From Actinomycetes bacterium (GTDB taxonomy: Bacteria; Actinomycetota; Actinomycetes; Actinomycetales; Dermatophilaceae), in the NCBI GenBank assembly GCA_023451855.1, contig JAEXXY010000035.1, positions 1-59,937 of the forward strand: DNA of 59,937 bases, written 5' to 3'. The position numbers were made by a program, and so were the translations under genes. Positions within the stretch are counted from its first letter, which is position 1; the number at the start of each line of letters is the position of its first letter. The notes beneath the pieces were generated by a model. That model ran no database searches. It was not told the origin of the DNA and was given only the letters and a program-made list of their open reading frames with translations. Below, one piece after another: positions 58,646-59,937 of this stretch.

Positions 58646-59305
58646 ATGACCGACAAGCTGACCCGGCAGGCCGCCTCCGATGCCCTGCCCACGTGGCGGT
58701 TCCTGCTGCAGCGGATGCACCTGACGGTCCGCGCAGCCGACGCCGCGGCCGCCTTCGACTTCGTCTCTCGGGTCGGCGCCGTCGCGGCCGCGCACGACCG
58801 GCAGCTCGACGTCGACCTGCGCGCCCCGGTCGTGCACCTCGCGCTCTCGACGCGTCCCGGCGGCGGCGTCACCGATGCCGACATCGCCCTGGGTCGGGAC
58901 GTCGACGCGGTCGTCGCCGAGCTGGGACTAGCGTCCGAGCCGGGGCCGCTGACCGTCGTCGAGATCGCCATCGACGCCATGGACATCGACGCCGTCCGCC
59001 CGTTCTGGGACGCCGTGCTCGGGTGGGACGTCATCCGGCGCGACGACGTGCAGGACCCGCTCCGACTCGGCCCCGCCGTCTGGTTCCAGCAGATGGATGA
59101 GCCACGGCCGCAACGCAACCGGATCCACCTCGACGTCACCGTCGCGCACGACGAGGCGCCCGGACGCATCGAGCGGGCCCTTGCCGCCGGCGGCCGGCTC
59201 GTGTCCGACTCGCGTGCCCCCGCCTTCTGGATCCTCGCCGACCCCGAGGGCAACGAGGGGTGCGTCTGCACGTGGCAGGGCCGCGACCCGGCCCCTACCG
59301 CCTGA
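58646..59305 (+). CDS. VOC family protein with N-terminal pterin-4a-carbinolamine dehydratase-like domain
   Basis: VDLR...GGVT.AD..L; EIAIDA, WFQQM...RPQRNRIHLDV, LADPEGNE.C. Confidence 0.88.
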   Translation: MTDKLTRQAASDALPTWRFLLQRMHLTVRAADAAAAFDFVSRVGAVAAAHDRQLDVDLRAPVVHLALSTRPGGGVTDADIALGRDVDAVVAELGLASEPGPLTVVEIAIDAMDIDAVRPFWDAVLGWDVIRRDDVQDPLRLGPAVWFQQMDEPRPQRNRIHLDVTVAHDEAPGRIERALAAGGRLVSDSRAPAFWILADPEGNEGCVCTWQGRDPAPTA

Positions 59306-59937
59306 CCGGGCCCGTGCTCGAGCGGACGACCAGCTCGGGCTCGATGACCGCGCCCGTCGGCTCGGCAGTCCCGGCGTCGTCCAGCCGCCCGGTCACGGCT
59401 CGCACCGCCTCGGCGCCGAGCCGGGCGGCGTCCTGGCGCACCGTCGTCAGTGCGACGTGCGGGTAGCCGGCCTGCTCGATGTCGTCGAAGCCCACCACCG
59501 ACACGTCTTCGGGCACCCGCACCCCTGCCTGCCGTACGACGTCGACGAAGCCCAGCGCGCAGCGGTCGTTGAACGCCACGACCCCGGTGGGGCGGGGGGC
59601 GCTCATCGCGAGGAAGGCCCGCGCCGCCGCGGCGCCGTCCAGCTCGGTGAGGCCGCCAGGCATCACGAGCGCGTGCAGCCCCGGCGCTGAGTGCATCCCA
59701 CGCCGGTAGCCCTGGCGTCGTTCCGCGGCGCCCGGTGCCCGACCGCCGTCGAGCAGCGCGATGCGCTCGTGGCCGAGGTCGCGCAGGTGTCCGACCGCGA
59801 GACGCATTCCTAGGGCGTCGTCGGTGCGCACCACCCCGACGCCCGCCGCGCGTGCCGGCCGGAGCACGCTGACGACCGGAAGCCGCTCGGCGAGCCGGGC
59901 CATCGCGGCGGTCGAGAGGTCGCTGCCGACGAGGACG
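59295..59937 (-). CDS. LacI family transcriptional regulator (5' partial)
   Basis: HL.DLGH.RI, AFND..A.G, RVPEDVSVVGFDD, LTTVRQ, LVVRSST; frame open to the window edge. Confidence 0.92.
   Translation of the reverse strand, partial: VLVGSDLSTAAMARLAERLPVVSVLRPARAAGVGVVRTDDALGMRLAVGHLRDLGHERIALLDGGRAPGAAERRQGYRRGMHSAPGLHALVMPGGLTELDGAAAARAFLAMSAPRPTGVVAFNDRCALGFVDVVRQAGVRVPEDVSVVGFDDIEQAGYPHVALTTVRQDAARLGAEAVRAVTGRLDDAGTAEPTGAVIEPELVVRSSTGPVRR

Overview
This is a high-GC actinobacterial chromosomal window (Micrococcales-like; the taxon is an inference). It opens with a myo-inositol catabolic operon (iolB-iolD-iolH-iolA-Gfo/Idh/MocA-iolE-iolG), a secreted M1 peptidase and an IdeR/DtxR-boxed bfd-bfr iron-storage pair. 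About 48 kb of mostly accessory genes follow: stress and DUF proteins, hydrolases, transporters, glutaminase, LuxR/ArsR regulators, an M36 peptidase, an IS3 relic and small phage-like ORFs. The window ends in a partial LacI-family regulator. I found no rRNA, tRNA or CRISPR array. The strongest candidate for an undescribed system is at 53.4-58.4 kb. There, a class III nucleotide cyclase with a catalytically dead hydrolase domain and non-canonical base-specifying residues is divergently paired with a cNMP-binding protein carrying an unrecognised N-terminal domain. Downstream on the same strand lie a DUF6345 protein with a caspase-like His-Gly/Ala-Cys dyad, a partner protein and a possible small membrane protein. 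Other notable signals are a leader-peptide attenuator in front of a CTG-initiated patatin, a recurring 17-bp TCAC-N10-TGA activator-like motif at a fixed distance from -10 boxes, an in-frame internally deleted mini-DHFR gene, an orphan Ltp-repeat protein, a bacterioferritin with an altered ferroxidase centre and an RNase H with a Zn-ribbon-like N-terminus. All family assignments come from motif recognition by eye; no searches were run.
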